A stretch of DNA of 64,000 nucleotides, taken from an uncultured Fibrobacterota bacterium (GTDB taxonomy: Bacteria; Fibrobacterota; Chitinivibrionia; Chitinivibrionales; CAYFVL01). Numbering within the stretch: the first letter of the stretch is position 1; each line of letters begins with the position of its first letter. Location of the stretch: the NCBI GenBank assembly GCA_964586285.1, contig CAZPHU010000007.1:2339-66338 (forward strand), in the 5' to 3' direction. Below, in pieces: positions 45,371 through 54,465 of the stretch. Under the pieces are notes generated by a model that saw only the letters and a program-made list of their open reading frames with translations, made no database searches and was not told the DNA's origin. The translations under genes were made by a program, and so were the position numbers.

Positions 45371-46964
45371 AATTAAAGTTTTACAGTTGGCCCTTTTCGT
45401 GCAGCTTTGGAGCCTGGGGGTTGTTGGTGCCGAGTATGCGCCCAATATAGGCATTGATGAATCTTTCGATCTATATGTTCGCCGGCTGGTAAGTAAATAT
45501 GATGTCGCTTTTCCGGGCGATATGTTCGTAAAACCTTATACCGCGGCACAAGCGTTACAATTTCTTGAAAATGTAGACTCTTTACACAGTCTCGGTCGTT
45601 TAAGCGCTCAAGAAGCGTTTTTTCTCCCCAGAATCCGAAAACAGATCACCGGTGAGAACAAACTGTTTTCCTGGTATGAGCCGTCCAGGAAGGCTCAAAC
45701 ACACTTGGGTATTTCTCTTATAGGTGATATGACTCCTTCGATTGACGACTCCGATGTTTCATTTAATGGCAGAGGAATCATTCGACCGGAATTCACGGCC
45801 GCTATAGGGAATTTCAGTTTTTACTCACAGTTAGACGTCTGGACAGAGGTCCGAAATGACACTACTTTCAGGGTATCATCCTACCAGCCCTTTGAAGGGC
45901 TTTCATACAACCTTTATGGAAGGGCCGACAGCGGACATGTACGAGCATCCGATATATTCAGGGGCGGCGTCGTCTTTCGAAAGCCTTTTTTCGAGTTAAG
46001 TGCGGCTGTTGATTATTTGCGTCAGGGGCCCGCAGTTTTTAATCCATTGACCTTCTCGGGATTTGCTCCGCCGGTTACCTATGTCAGAGCTTCCATCGAT
46101 TTCGCTTCATTTAGTTACTTTCAGACGGTCGCTCAGCTAAGGACTCAGAAAGACAAGAATAAGTTCCTGTACACTCATCGATTACAGTTCGGACTATTCA
46201 AAGAAAGGGCCGTAATAGGTATTAACGAGGTAATAATAAACGGCAGTACAGCCGAGAAGGCACAGACCGATTCACTTCGTCACGAATACTATGGCCAGGA
46301 GCGGGATCTTGAATGGGTTTATCTTATTCCCTTTGTACCCTACTCCTTTGCCGAGCATTATGTTGGAGATATGGATAATGCGGCAATATCTTTCGATATA
46401 TCCGTGCAGCTGCCTTTTGCCTCAAGAGCATATGGAGAGTTGTTTTTTGATGATATAAGTAATCCCTTAACCATTTTAAGCGACGACTGGGGAAATAAGT
46501 GGGCCGCGACAATCGGTTTGGAACACTTTGCAATGATCAAGGGCAAGGATGTGCACGCGATAGTGGAGTATTCACGTGTGGAACCCTGGGTGTATACTCA
46601 TTTTTACGGCGGAAGTCACAGGTACACCCATTATGGTCGCGGTCTTGGGGCCGCTCTTGGACCAAACAGTGATATGGTGGTGTTTCGGGTTGATGCTGCT
46701 TTGCATAACCGGCATACGATCGGACTTCAGCTGGAAAGTTCCCGGAAAAACGGGAGGGTGCGCGGAGGCAATATCAGAGATGTTTTTCAGGATGAGGTCG
46801 ATTCGGAGAAGAAAAAATTCCTGGGAAGCGGAACCGATAGAAAAACGGCTGTTGGCCTGCTTTGGCAGCTGAATGAGTATGGAAGGTTTCGCGCACAATC
46901 GTTATTGGAAGTGAATACCGAAAAAGAAGTAAGCCTTGAGGTATATGGGGGCTTTTATTTCTAA
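45354..46964 (+). CDS. hypothetical outer-membrane beta-barrel protein (possibly Wzi-like)
   Basis: 536 aa. Signal peptide, helical N-terminal segment then beta-rich body ending ...VYGGFYF. Any Wzi resemblance is from memory only. Confidence 0.5.
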   Translation: MQKVNKIKVLQLALFVQLWSLGVVGAEYAPNIGIDESFDLYVRRLVSKYDVAFPGDMFVKPYTAAQALQFLENVDSLHSLGRLSAQEAFFLPRIRKQITGENKLFSWYEPSRKAQTHLGISLIGDMTPSIDDSDVSFNGRGIIRPEFTAAIGNFSFYSQLDVWTEVRNDTTFRVSSYQPFEGLSYNLYGRADSGHVRASDIFRGGVVFRKPFFELSAAVDYLRQGPAVFNPLTFSGFAPPVTYVRASIDFASFSYFQTVAQLRTQKDKNKFLYTHRLQFGLFKERAVIGINEVIINGSTAEKAQTDSLRHEYYGQERDLEWVYLIPFVPYSFAEHYVGDMDNAAISFDISVQLPFASRAYGELFFDDISNPLTILSDDWGNKWAATIGLEHFAMIKGKDVHAIVEYSRVEPWVYTHFYGGSHRYTHYGRGLGAALGPNSDMVVFRVDAALHNRHTIGLQLESSRKNGRVRGGNIRDVFQDEVDSEKKKFLGSGTDRKTAVGLLWQLNEYGRFRAQSLLEVNTEKEVSLEVYGGFYF

Positions 46965-46976
46965 TATTTTTATTTG

Positions 46977-47792
46977 ATGAAAAGCATGAATTCAAAAGAA
47001 CATAGCTTCAAAAGTGTACCCAAAAAACAGCTGGGTCAGCATTTCCTAACTTCTACGTATCATGCGGAGCGGATCGCTCAATCGATTCCCGCTCGAGGCG
47101 ATGAAGAGGTCTTGGAGATCGGTCCCGGTGAAGGGGCATTGAGTGCCTATTTGGTGAAGCGTTTCCCCCGTATGCACCTGGTCGAAATCGACAGGGATGT
47201 AATTCCGAGATTGAAAAGTCGTTTAGGTGAGGGGAAATGGCAGTTACACTGTGGGAACGTACTTGATTTTAATTTCTTGCAGGTCGGAATTCCTCTCCAT
47301 GTTACCGGTAACCTTCCTTATAATATCGGTGCGCATATTATTAAAAAGACTCTCTACCATGGAAGTAACATCGCGTCCTGTACCTTCATGGTACAACGGG
47401 AAGTGGCTCAACGAATTGTTTCCGAGCCACAGACTAAAAACAATGGATTTTTAAGTATTTTCTGTCAGTTTTTCGGTCAACCGCGGATACTGTTCAATGT
47501 TCCTCCTGGTGCCTTTTTCCCTAAGCCGAACGTAGAATCGTCGGTTTTCCAGATAGTTATAGATAAGCCCGAAGAAAGGCTTTCCCCTGAGTCGTGGAGT
47601 GACTTCTTTTCTTTCGTCGACCGCGGCTTTGCGATGCGTCGAAAACAGCTTGCAAAGACATTGGGCTACACGGACGGGCGAAAGGAAATGTATCGTGTTA
47701 TACTCGAAGAACTCGGCTTATCTTCAACGGTTCGCCCCGAGGAACTGTCGGTTTCGCAATGGCTCAGTCTATATAAGAAGGCTTCAAGGTGA
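46977..47792 (+). CDS. rsmA: 16S rRNA (adenine1518/1519-N6)-dimethyltransferase
   Basis: LGQHFL, EIGPGEG and NLPYNI motifs. ATG at 46977. Confidence 0.95.
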   Translation: MKSMNSKEHSFKSVPKKQLGQHFLTSTYHAERIAQSIPARGDEEVLEIGPGEGALSAYLVKRFPRMHLVEIDRDVIPRLKSRLGEGKWQLHCGNVLDFNFLQVGIPLHVTGNLPYNIGAHIIKKTLYHGSNIASCTFMVQREVAQRIVSEPQTKNNGFLSIFCQFFGQPRILFNVPPGAFFPKPNVESSVFQIVIDKPEERLSPESWSDFFSFVDRGFAMRRKQLAKTLGYTDGRKEMYRVILEELGLSSTVRPEELSVSQWLSLYKKASR

Positions 47793-49768
47793 GAAGCTTT
47801 TTTTGTTTGATCTGCATTTTCATTTTTACATGTGTATTCGGTCAGGGTAATGATTGGCCGGATGCGTTTCTTATTGCGGATATTGATGAAGAAAATGTCG
47901 TGAGGCCCACCGAATTTTCCACAGAACAAACCCTTTATTCAAAAACATTCAGCAGCCGTAACAAGGGTTTCCTTCATTTCCAAAAGGGAAGATATACTTT
48001 ATCTCAACGATTGGTATATTCTCTTGAGCGTGATGATTGGCTGGGGTCAATGAATCATTTCAGCGATATGAGCGGCAAAGCAACCCGCCGAACTGATGGA
48101 TTTTTCGAATATTTAGGTTTGGAATGGATGCCTTTGACATCCTTTCATTCCCAGGCCGACGGTAATGTATTCCAGACTCTTATCGATATGGGACCCGTTA
48201 TTCATTTTTCACCTCTTGGCATACCGGTAAAAGCCCACGGCGGCCTTTCCGCAATTGCCTGGAATAAGCAACTGCCTACTTTTAAACAGCTTGTAACTTC
48301 CAATCTAAATGATACCCTGGGCTTATATGGTGGTTTAGATATCGGTAAAAATGGACATCGTCTGGGCATATTGCCTCTGTACTTTAACGGAAGTATACAT
48401 GGACGTGCGGTTGAGGGTGCACGGGAAATAACCGGTCATGCCGGTTTGTTGTTCGCGGTGCAAATGCAGTCGGGCGACAGTTTATTTGCCTTTGTTGGTG
48501 ACACAATCAGTGACGGCAACGATGCTTTCCTGAGTCAGGGTTTCAGTGAATGGGGCGGATATGTCAACAATCCTCGGACGGTAGAAAACTCGCTGCATTT
48601 TCTGACGGGGGTAAAAGGGATTCAACGCAACGGCTTATCTCCTTCTTTTCATTACTCTTTCAGCGAGTACTCGCTGCGATATCCTTCCGATCCTAAACTG
48701 CTAAACGATGTTCGACACCGAACTCACGGACTCACATTGGCGATTGAAAGTAACCGCTTGTTTACGGTGGATTACCGGGGGGATTTATTCTTTTCCTGGG
48801 AAGAGGATGATAAGCTGTATAATGAAGATTATATTGATGAGGGTGCGCAACGAGTTGTTGATATTAGAGATTACGATGTATTTGCCGCCGAAATGAACCA
48901 CAACGTCAGCAAAAAATTTCAAAATGGGCTGGGACTCAACTACGCTCTGCATCTCTCCCGCTATCTTCGTGAGTATCCGATCTTCTATGTTTCGGGATCG
49001 GACACGTTACAAAGTGATGATGATTATGATGAAGTGGTGAGAAAACATGAACTTACATTCACCGTTTTGCCGCTTAAGAAAGTCAATGTCGACCTTGTAG
49101 GCAAATACGCCCAAAATTTTCTCTACCTTCTAAAAGCAAAACAAAGTGACCGAAGTTACCTGGATCGTCAATATGAAATGGGTGTTCACTCATTAATTAA
49201 GCCCTCGGACGAGCTAATAATCGAGGAGAAAATTACCGCGGCCGTTGATCAGCGTGAATTTAAGTTTAAGCTAAACAACGGCAGGTTTCCCGAATATTCA
49301 CGCTCCATATATTCCGATTTTTCCGTAAATTGGATGATTTCCGAATCCTGGACACTGAAAGGACAGTGGACAAGTAGTTATTGGGATAACGGCTATTGGG
49401 ATGCATCGGTCTACAGAGATACGATTATAGATACACTGCCTCGCAAGGATTTTTATGCTATACAATATAAGTCAACGGACCAGACTCTTTTGATATCTTC
49501 TGAGCTTAAGGTGAACGATCATTTTTTACTGGTGGGGGGATGCGAGTTTCGGGATGTTTATTTCAGGGAGTTTAAAAACGGCGAATATTTAAACAATGAT
49601 TTGGGAGCCGGGTATTATGCCGGCCCTTTCGTGCGTGTGAACGTGGTTATACCCAAGCCCGCTTATCTTGGCAATATATTGACACTCAAGGGCCATATCA
49701 GGCGTAGTATAGATGATATCGCCAACGATTTCTGGGATGTAAGTTTCAATTTACAAGCGATGTTCTGA
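47789..49768 (+). CDS. hypothetical outer-membrane beta-barrel protein
   Basis: 659 aa. The GTG start overlaps the rsmA stop by 4 nt. Signal peptide, beta-rich, ends ...FNLQAMF. Confidence 0.5.
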   Translation: MRSFFCLICIFIFTCVFGQGNDWPDAFLIADIDEENVVRPTEFSTEQTLYSKTFSSRNKGFLHFQKGRYTLSQRLVYSLERDDWLGSMNHFSDMSGKATRRTDGFFEYLGLEWMPLTSFHSQADGNVFQTLIDMGPVIHFSPLGIPVKAHGGLSAIAWNKQLPTFKQLVTSNLNDTLGLYGGLDIGKNGHRLGILPLYFNGSIHGRAVEGAREITGHAGLLFAVQMQSGDSLFAFVGDTISDGNDAFLSQGFSEWGGYVNNPRTVENSLHFLTGVKGIQRNGLSPSFHYSFSEYSLRYPSDPKLLNDVRHRTHGLTLAIESNRLFTVDYRGDLFFSWEEDDKLYNEDYIDEGAQRVVDIRDYDVFAAEMNHNVSKKFQNGLGLNYALHLSRYLREYPIFYVSGSDTLQSDDDYDEVVRKHELTFTVLPLKKVNVDLVGKYAQNFLYLLKAKQSDRSYLDRQYEMGVHSLIKPSDELIIEEKITAAVDQREFKFKLNNGRFPEYSRSIYSDFSVNWMISESWTLKGQWTSSYWDNGYWDASVYRDTIIDTLPRKDFYAIQYKSTDQTLLISSELKVNDHFLLVGGCEFRDVYFREFKNGEYLNNDLGAGYYAGPFVRVNVVIPKPAYLGNILTLKGHIRRSIDDIANDFWDVSFNLQAMF

Positions 49769-49769
49769 T

Positions 49770-50303
49770 ATGAAAAACATTTTCTTTCTTACATGTATTT
49801 CCTTAGTGGTGAGTGGGTGTGGCCTATTCACTCCCAACCAACCTGAAAGGTATATTCCAGATGAGTTGGGGATTATGGACCCTTTTAATTTCGCACAAAT
49901 TCTTTCAAATACCCGCAGCCATTTTTCAGATCTGGAGTACACTGAGCTGTTTTGTGATTCAGATACTTTTTACATAAGCAACAACAACAAAAAATTCAGC
50001 AAAGACAGATTCATTGATCACCTCGATGAATTTTCAAATAAATATTCATTCAATATCACATGGATTCCCGATTCAACCAGAGACAGCACTGCACTTGCAA
50101 TCAGAGATACTGTGATGGTTAATGCGACTTATAGAATAAATGCCAAATATTCCGACGAAAAGGGCGAAGAAAAAGAGATAAACATGGAAGCCCGCTCAAC
50201 CTTCCGTCTGGTATTTTATCAAAACAGGTGGACTATTTTTACGTTCAAGGATGGATTTGCCGGACAATCGATATTTCACCCAGAGTATAAATCGGAGAAG
50301 TGA
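49770..50303 (+). CDS. hypothetical lipoprotein (NTF2-like feel)
   Basis: 177 aa. Lipobox LVVSGC. Starts 1 nt after the upstream stop. Confidence 0.55.
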   Translation: MKNIFFLTCISLVVSGCGLFTPNQPERYIPDELGIMDPFNFAQILSNTRSHFSDLEYTELFCDSDTFYISNNNKKFSKDRFIDHLDEFSNKYSFNITWIPDSTRDSTALAIRDTVMVNATYRINAKYSDEKGEEKEINMEARSTFRLVFYQNRWTIFTFKDGFAGQSIFHPEYKSEK

Positions 50304-50963
50304 ATGAATTCGCGTGGTGAGAAAATCATCATACTCCTTTTACTAATCGCATTGTTTTTTTCATGCGATAATCCCTTTTTCGTTCCAACCGGAGAGCCGG
50401 TGATAACAAGTGGGTTCAGGGCAACTCCACGGGGGGTAATCAGACAGCTCTCCACTGCATACGAGCATAAGCGTCTTGATTTATTTACGGATCTTTTGAT
50501 AGAATCTCAATTTCGTTTCTATATCGCCCCTAACTCGGCGGATTCATTAATCGGTGTGCGTTCCTATGTAAAATTGGATACGTCTCTCAGCGCCAAAATG
50601 GAAAATTTCCCTGAGATTCGTCTGAACACACGTCACAACAAGTATTATTACTGGGGTTATGATAAGGAGCGGTTAAGTCATCAGAATCTTTTCAGCCGTG
50701 CCGAACGAATAAATTTTTTCCCCCAGTTGGAGGCCACAAAAGTTACGTTTATAACCGATTCAGTTTTCACCGACAGCCTGAAAAACGACTATGTTGTCGA
50801 TACTATCTTGGCTGAAGTCGTTGCCGAAAGGGCTCGATTGGAGATCAGTGCACCGCAAATTCAGGTCACCTTTGATATCGGTAAACAGGTTTTTTACATG
50901 ATTAAAGATCCGGCTGATCCTTCACTCTGGGCGATCGTCAAGTGGTTTGATCTGGGTTCGTAA
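50304..50963 (+). CDS. hypothetical lipoprotein
   Basis: 219 aa. Lipobox-like ALFFSC. Starts immediately after the upstream stop. Confidence 0.55.
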   Translation: MNSRGEKIIILLLLIALFFSCDNPFFVPTGEPVITSGFRATPRGVIRQLSTAYEHKRLDLFTDLLIESQFRFYIAPNSADSLIGVRSYVKLDTSLSAKMENFPEIRLNTRHNKYYYWGYDKERLSHQNLFSRAERINFFPQLEATKVTFITDSVFTDSLKNDYVVDTILAEVVAERARLEISAPQIQVTFDIGKQVFYMIKDPADPSLWAIVKWFDLGS

Positions 50964-52545
50964 CAATTATCCCTTTGTGGCCGGGTTCCGAGGGAATACG
51001 CCCGTTCTTGACTCGTGCCAAAAGCTGTACAAAAAATCCGAAGATTACCTTTGCCTTTCCCGGCATTACCGCTTCAATACTCTTTAACAGTTGATAATCC
51101 TCCGTTTTAAATGACCCCAGATGCAAGCAAACGGTCAGATAAACGACTGTACCCGCGAATAATGCCAGAAATAGACCTGAAATTTCATGATTGTGTACTA
51201 CTATGATTCTCATGACAAGGCCCATCAGGAAGGTAGATACGACAATCTTGAAAATCGAGGCAAAGGGAAATGTCAACCGCATCAGTTTACAGGTGTATAT
51301 CGTTCCGATAGCCGCACCGCTTAGGGTAGTGATTGAATAGGCGATTGACGCGCCCAGCGCTCCGTGGGAGCGGATGAGAAAGATATCCAGTCCGATATTC
51401 ACCACTGCCAGTATGATGCCGAGCTTATATATAAACGATTGCTTTTCATAACCGTACAGTATAGCCGATCCCGGGTTGCTTAGACTCGTAAAGATTGAGG
51501 TTAGAAACATTATCTGCAGGGTTCGTTGGGCACCTATGAACTCGTGTCCGTACAAGTGATGAATAAGGGGATATGCGAGGATTGCACCTCCCACACCGAC
51601 CGGGAAGGAAACAAAGGAGAGGTATCGTATGGCCAGAAAGAAAAGTCGTTTCATTCTGTTCTGATCGCCCGAACCAAAATAGTTGCTCATTGCGGGAAAG
51701 AGAACTCTCCAGAGAGTGGAGGGTAGAATTGAGGCGAATTTGCCTGAAATGTTAAATCCAAGGTTGTAGAAAGCTACCTGAGAGGCACTGCAGAAACGAC
51801 CCAGAAAAAAGTTTTCGCTCTTGTCCCAGATTATTTTGTCGCAAAGAATGATTGCAAGAACGCTTGCATTATACTTTTTGATACGACTTTTCAGTACTTT
51901 GCCAAGTGGTACCCGACATCCGGTGAGTACACCTTCCCGGCGAAGGACAAAGAAATAAAAAAATGAATTGATAACAGAGAATACAAGCATTACCAACAGA
52001 ATACCTTCGATTCCCATTCCCATCCATAATACCGCCGCCTTGCTGAAAAAAGAGAGGGGAGTAAGGATCAGGTTCGAATAGGCGAAATATTCAAATTTCT
52101 GAATGCCTTCGATTGTGGCGGAAAAAATCGCGGTGATTATGCCTGGTATAATACCCAGAAAGGCGAGTAGAAAGTAAAAAGATTCGGAAGGGGAAAAGAA
52201 AAAGTCGGCTATATGCGTTCGCAAAAACACGAGAAGAAAAGTGATAATAACTGAAAAGGCGATTTCTATTTTTAAAACGAACCATACTATAGCCCCGAGT
52301 GATTCCTGCTTTTCACGACCTTTAAACTCGGCAATGTATTTGGTTACCGCATGAGTAAGACCCATGCCTATTACCCAGGTAAATATTCCGTTAAACCACA
52401 GAATCAGGGTGAAAATGCCGTAATGGTTTGGCCCCAGTTGCCTTGCGACCCAGATGGAAATAATCCAACTTGTTGAGATCATAAAAAATCTGTTAAACAG
52501 ATTGATGAAAGAATTTTTTATGAGGCGTGACCCTTCAGAAGGCAT
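50938..52545 (-). CDS. polysaccharide/oligosaccharide flippase (Wzx/MOP superfamily)
   Basis: 535 aa with ~12-14 predicted TM helices and a typical polysaccharide-biosynthesis-protein N-terminus. Confidence 0.8.
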   Translation of the reverse strand: MPSEGSRLIKNSFINLFNRFFMISTSWIISIWVARQLGPNHYGIFTLILWFNGIFTWVIGMGLTHAVTKYIAEFKGREKQESLGAIVWFVLKIEIAFSVIITFLLVFLRTHIADFFFSPSESFYFLLAFLGIIPGIITAIFSATIEGIQKFEYFAYSNLILTPLSFFSKAAVLWMGMGIEGILLVMLVFSVINSFFYFFVLRREGVLTGCRVPLGKVLKSRIKKYNASVLAIILCDKIIWDKSENFFLGRFCSASQVAFYNLGFNISGKFASILPSTLWRVLFPAMSNYFGSGDQNRMKRLFFLAIRYLSFVSFPVGVGGAILAYPLIHHLYGHEFIGAQRTLQIMFLTSIFTSLSNPGSAILYGYEKQSFIYKLGIILAVVNIGLDIFLIRSHGALGASIAYSITTLSGAAIGTIYTCKLMRLTFPFASIFKIVVSTFLMGLVMRIIVVHNHEISGLFLALFAGTVVYLTVCLHLGSFKTEDYQLLKSIEAVMPGKAKVIFGFFVQLLARVKNGRIPSEPGHKGIIVTNPDQTT

Positions 52546-52638
52546 ATCGGAACCTCCGATGCATCTGAATATGTTGATTCTCGCAGGCGGCGGGAAAAAA
52601 ACAGGGTGAACTTGAGGTCATATGCAAAAGGCCTCGAT

Positions 52639-53832
52639 TCATACGGCCTCCGCAATCTTTCGATAGAAGGAAAGCGTCTGATTTGCAATATGGCTGGGAT
52701 TATACATCGTTTTGACATCATCATATGCCTGATCTGCCATTTTTTTCGCGCTTTTAGGATTTTTGATATACTCATTTATATGGTCAATCAAAGTTTCCCG
52801 ATCTCCTACGGGAAAAACAAGTCCATTTCTCCGATGGCTTATGTATTCGGTATTACCCCCGCCGTCGGTTGTAATAACAGGAAGGCGTGCCGCCATTGCT
52901 TCCAGCAATGCATTGGGAGCATTCTCAAAAAGAGAAAGCATCAGAAAAAATGACGATCGTCGGTAAAGAGTCGCTACCCTTTTGCGGTTCTGCGGTCCAA
53001 GCAGCCACATGCGGTCACGATTTTTCGCATCTATAGATCGTTCGAGCCTTTCCAGATAAGCGTTTGATGTGCCCAAACGGGTTTCCCCCACAACTGTAAT
53101 GTGAATCCGGTTGTCCAGATCAAGTATTCGGTTCGCTGTATCAATAAGCAGCTCGGCACCTTTTCTTCGCTCGAGTCTGCCGGCAAACAACAAATTTATT
53201 CGATTCTTAGGTGGGGATTTTTTTTTGATGCAATCAAAATCATGAGTAGGCATTAGGGTCGGAATAATTTGCAGCTGTTTAGCAGGGACAGACATTTCTT
53301 TTTTCACATAATGCGCAAGAGCCTGGCTGGGGCTCTTAAATGCATGCGCTCTAAGGCAAGCTTTTTTTTCAAAGCGGTGAAAACGTTTACGTTTCTTATC
53401 CATGGGAACCGAATTCAGTTGGTCTATTAACAGCGTTGGAGTGTGGAAGTGGATAACAGTGCGGAATGGAAGCTCACCCGATAACTCATGAGCAAGCCCC
53501 CCATATTCAGGAATTTCAACAATATCAATTTTCTGCCTCCGATGAAGGCTTAGAAGCAAACTTTTCACAGCTTGCGCACAGCACCTCTCCCAGAATATCT
53601 CATCATTACGAAAACGATCGATTACCGCAAAAGAAGGTCTTGCCTGTTCAAATTCGTGTAAATGGATATCCGGATGTAGTTGATCGGGGATATTGCCTTT
53701 TCGGGCAAGGATATGTACTGTATGGCCCTCTAACGCACAGGCATTTGCCATATTGTAGATATAAGTAGCGATACCCCCGTGACCAAAACCCGAAGGCGAA
53801 GGGTATTCTGGATTTACGAACGCAATATTCAT
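52639..53832 (-). CDS. glycosyltransferase family 4
   Basis: 397 aa. N-terminal GGIATY motif and C-terminal EPFGLV-like region (FENAPNALLEAMAARLPVITT). Confidence 0.85.
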   Translation of the reverse strand: MNIAFVNPEYPSPSGFGHGGIATYIYNMANACALEGHTVHILARKGNIPDQLHPDIHLHEFEQARPSFAVIDRFRNDEIFWERCCAQAVKSLLLSLHRRQKIDIVEIPEYGGLAHELSGELPFRTVIHFHTPTLLIDQLNSVPMDKKRKRFHRFEKKACLRAHAFKSPSQALAHYVKKEMSVPAKQLQIIPTLMPTHDFDCIKKKSPPKNRINLLFAGRLERRKGAELLIDTANRILDLDNRIHITVVGETRLGTSNAYLERLERSIDAKNRDRMWLLGPQNRKRVATLYRRSSFFLMLSLFENAPNALLEAMAARLPVITTDGGGNTEYISHRRNGLVFPVGDRETLIDHINEYIKNPKSAKKMADQAYDDVKTMYNPSHIANQTLSFYRKIAEAV

Positions 53833-54183
53833 AGGCCTTTTGGATCAAGTTATTTTTAGTACGACAAGTAAAAGTCATCCGTCGAATCAAGCACTTTAGA
53901 CCATTATTATTCTACAGTATTATAACGGCTTATGCAATTTCAAATTCGAAAATGTCGCGAATGTCGAAGAGTGAGAATTGTATCACCCTAACTTTATCTA
54001 AAAGATCAGCCGGCATTGGCGTTTTTTTGGTTTTTACAGACACTGAAGGGGTGCATAAAAAATAGATTTAATTGAGTGCCTAATTCTTGTATAGCCAACG
54101 CGTGATAAATTGGTACAAAAAGATTGTACAATAAAAGGAATAAATCAAAAAACAAAAATGTATAGATATTCAGGGTTATATAT

Positions 54184-54432
54184 ATGACGGTAATTCTACC
54201 ATTCCCAAATAATGGAAAGAGGGCTACAAAAGGGGTTGCTCGTGCACGAAGGCGCTGGGAGGCAATTCCTACTCACGTGAGAAGCCTCTTATTGAAAAAC
54301 GGTTATTGCAGGGCGTGCCAAAAAATGACTTATCTGGCAAGTCATGGAGTATCCGAAGAAGGCGGCGATTTAGTTTTGCACGGCGAATGCGGTGGGTGCG
54401 GTACAATAATTGCTAGGGTGGTTGACTCATAA
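54184..54432 (+). CDS. hypothetical small zinc-ribbon-like protein
   Basis: 82 aa. CRAC...CGGC (two CxxC pairs) and a basic N-terminus. Lies 33 nt upstream of the CrtI-like gene. Confidence 0.4.
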   Translation: MTVILPFPNNGKRATKGVARARRRWEAIPTHVRSLLLKNGYCRACQKMTYLASHGVSEEGGDLVLHGECGGCGTIIARVVDS

Positions 54433-54465
54433 TTACATAGACGCTAATTAGAGCGGAGCTTAAAT

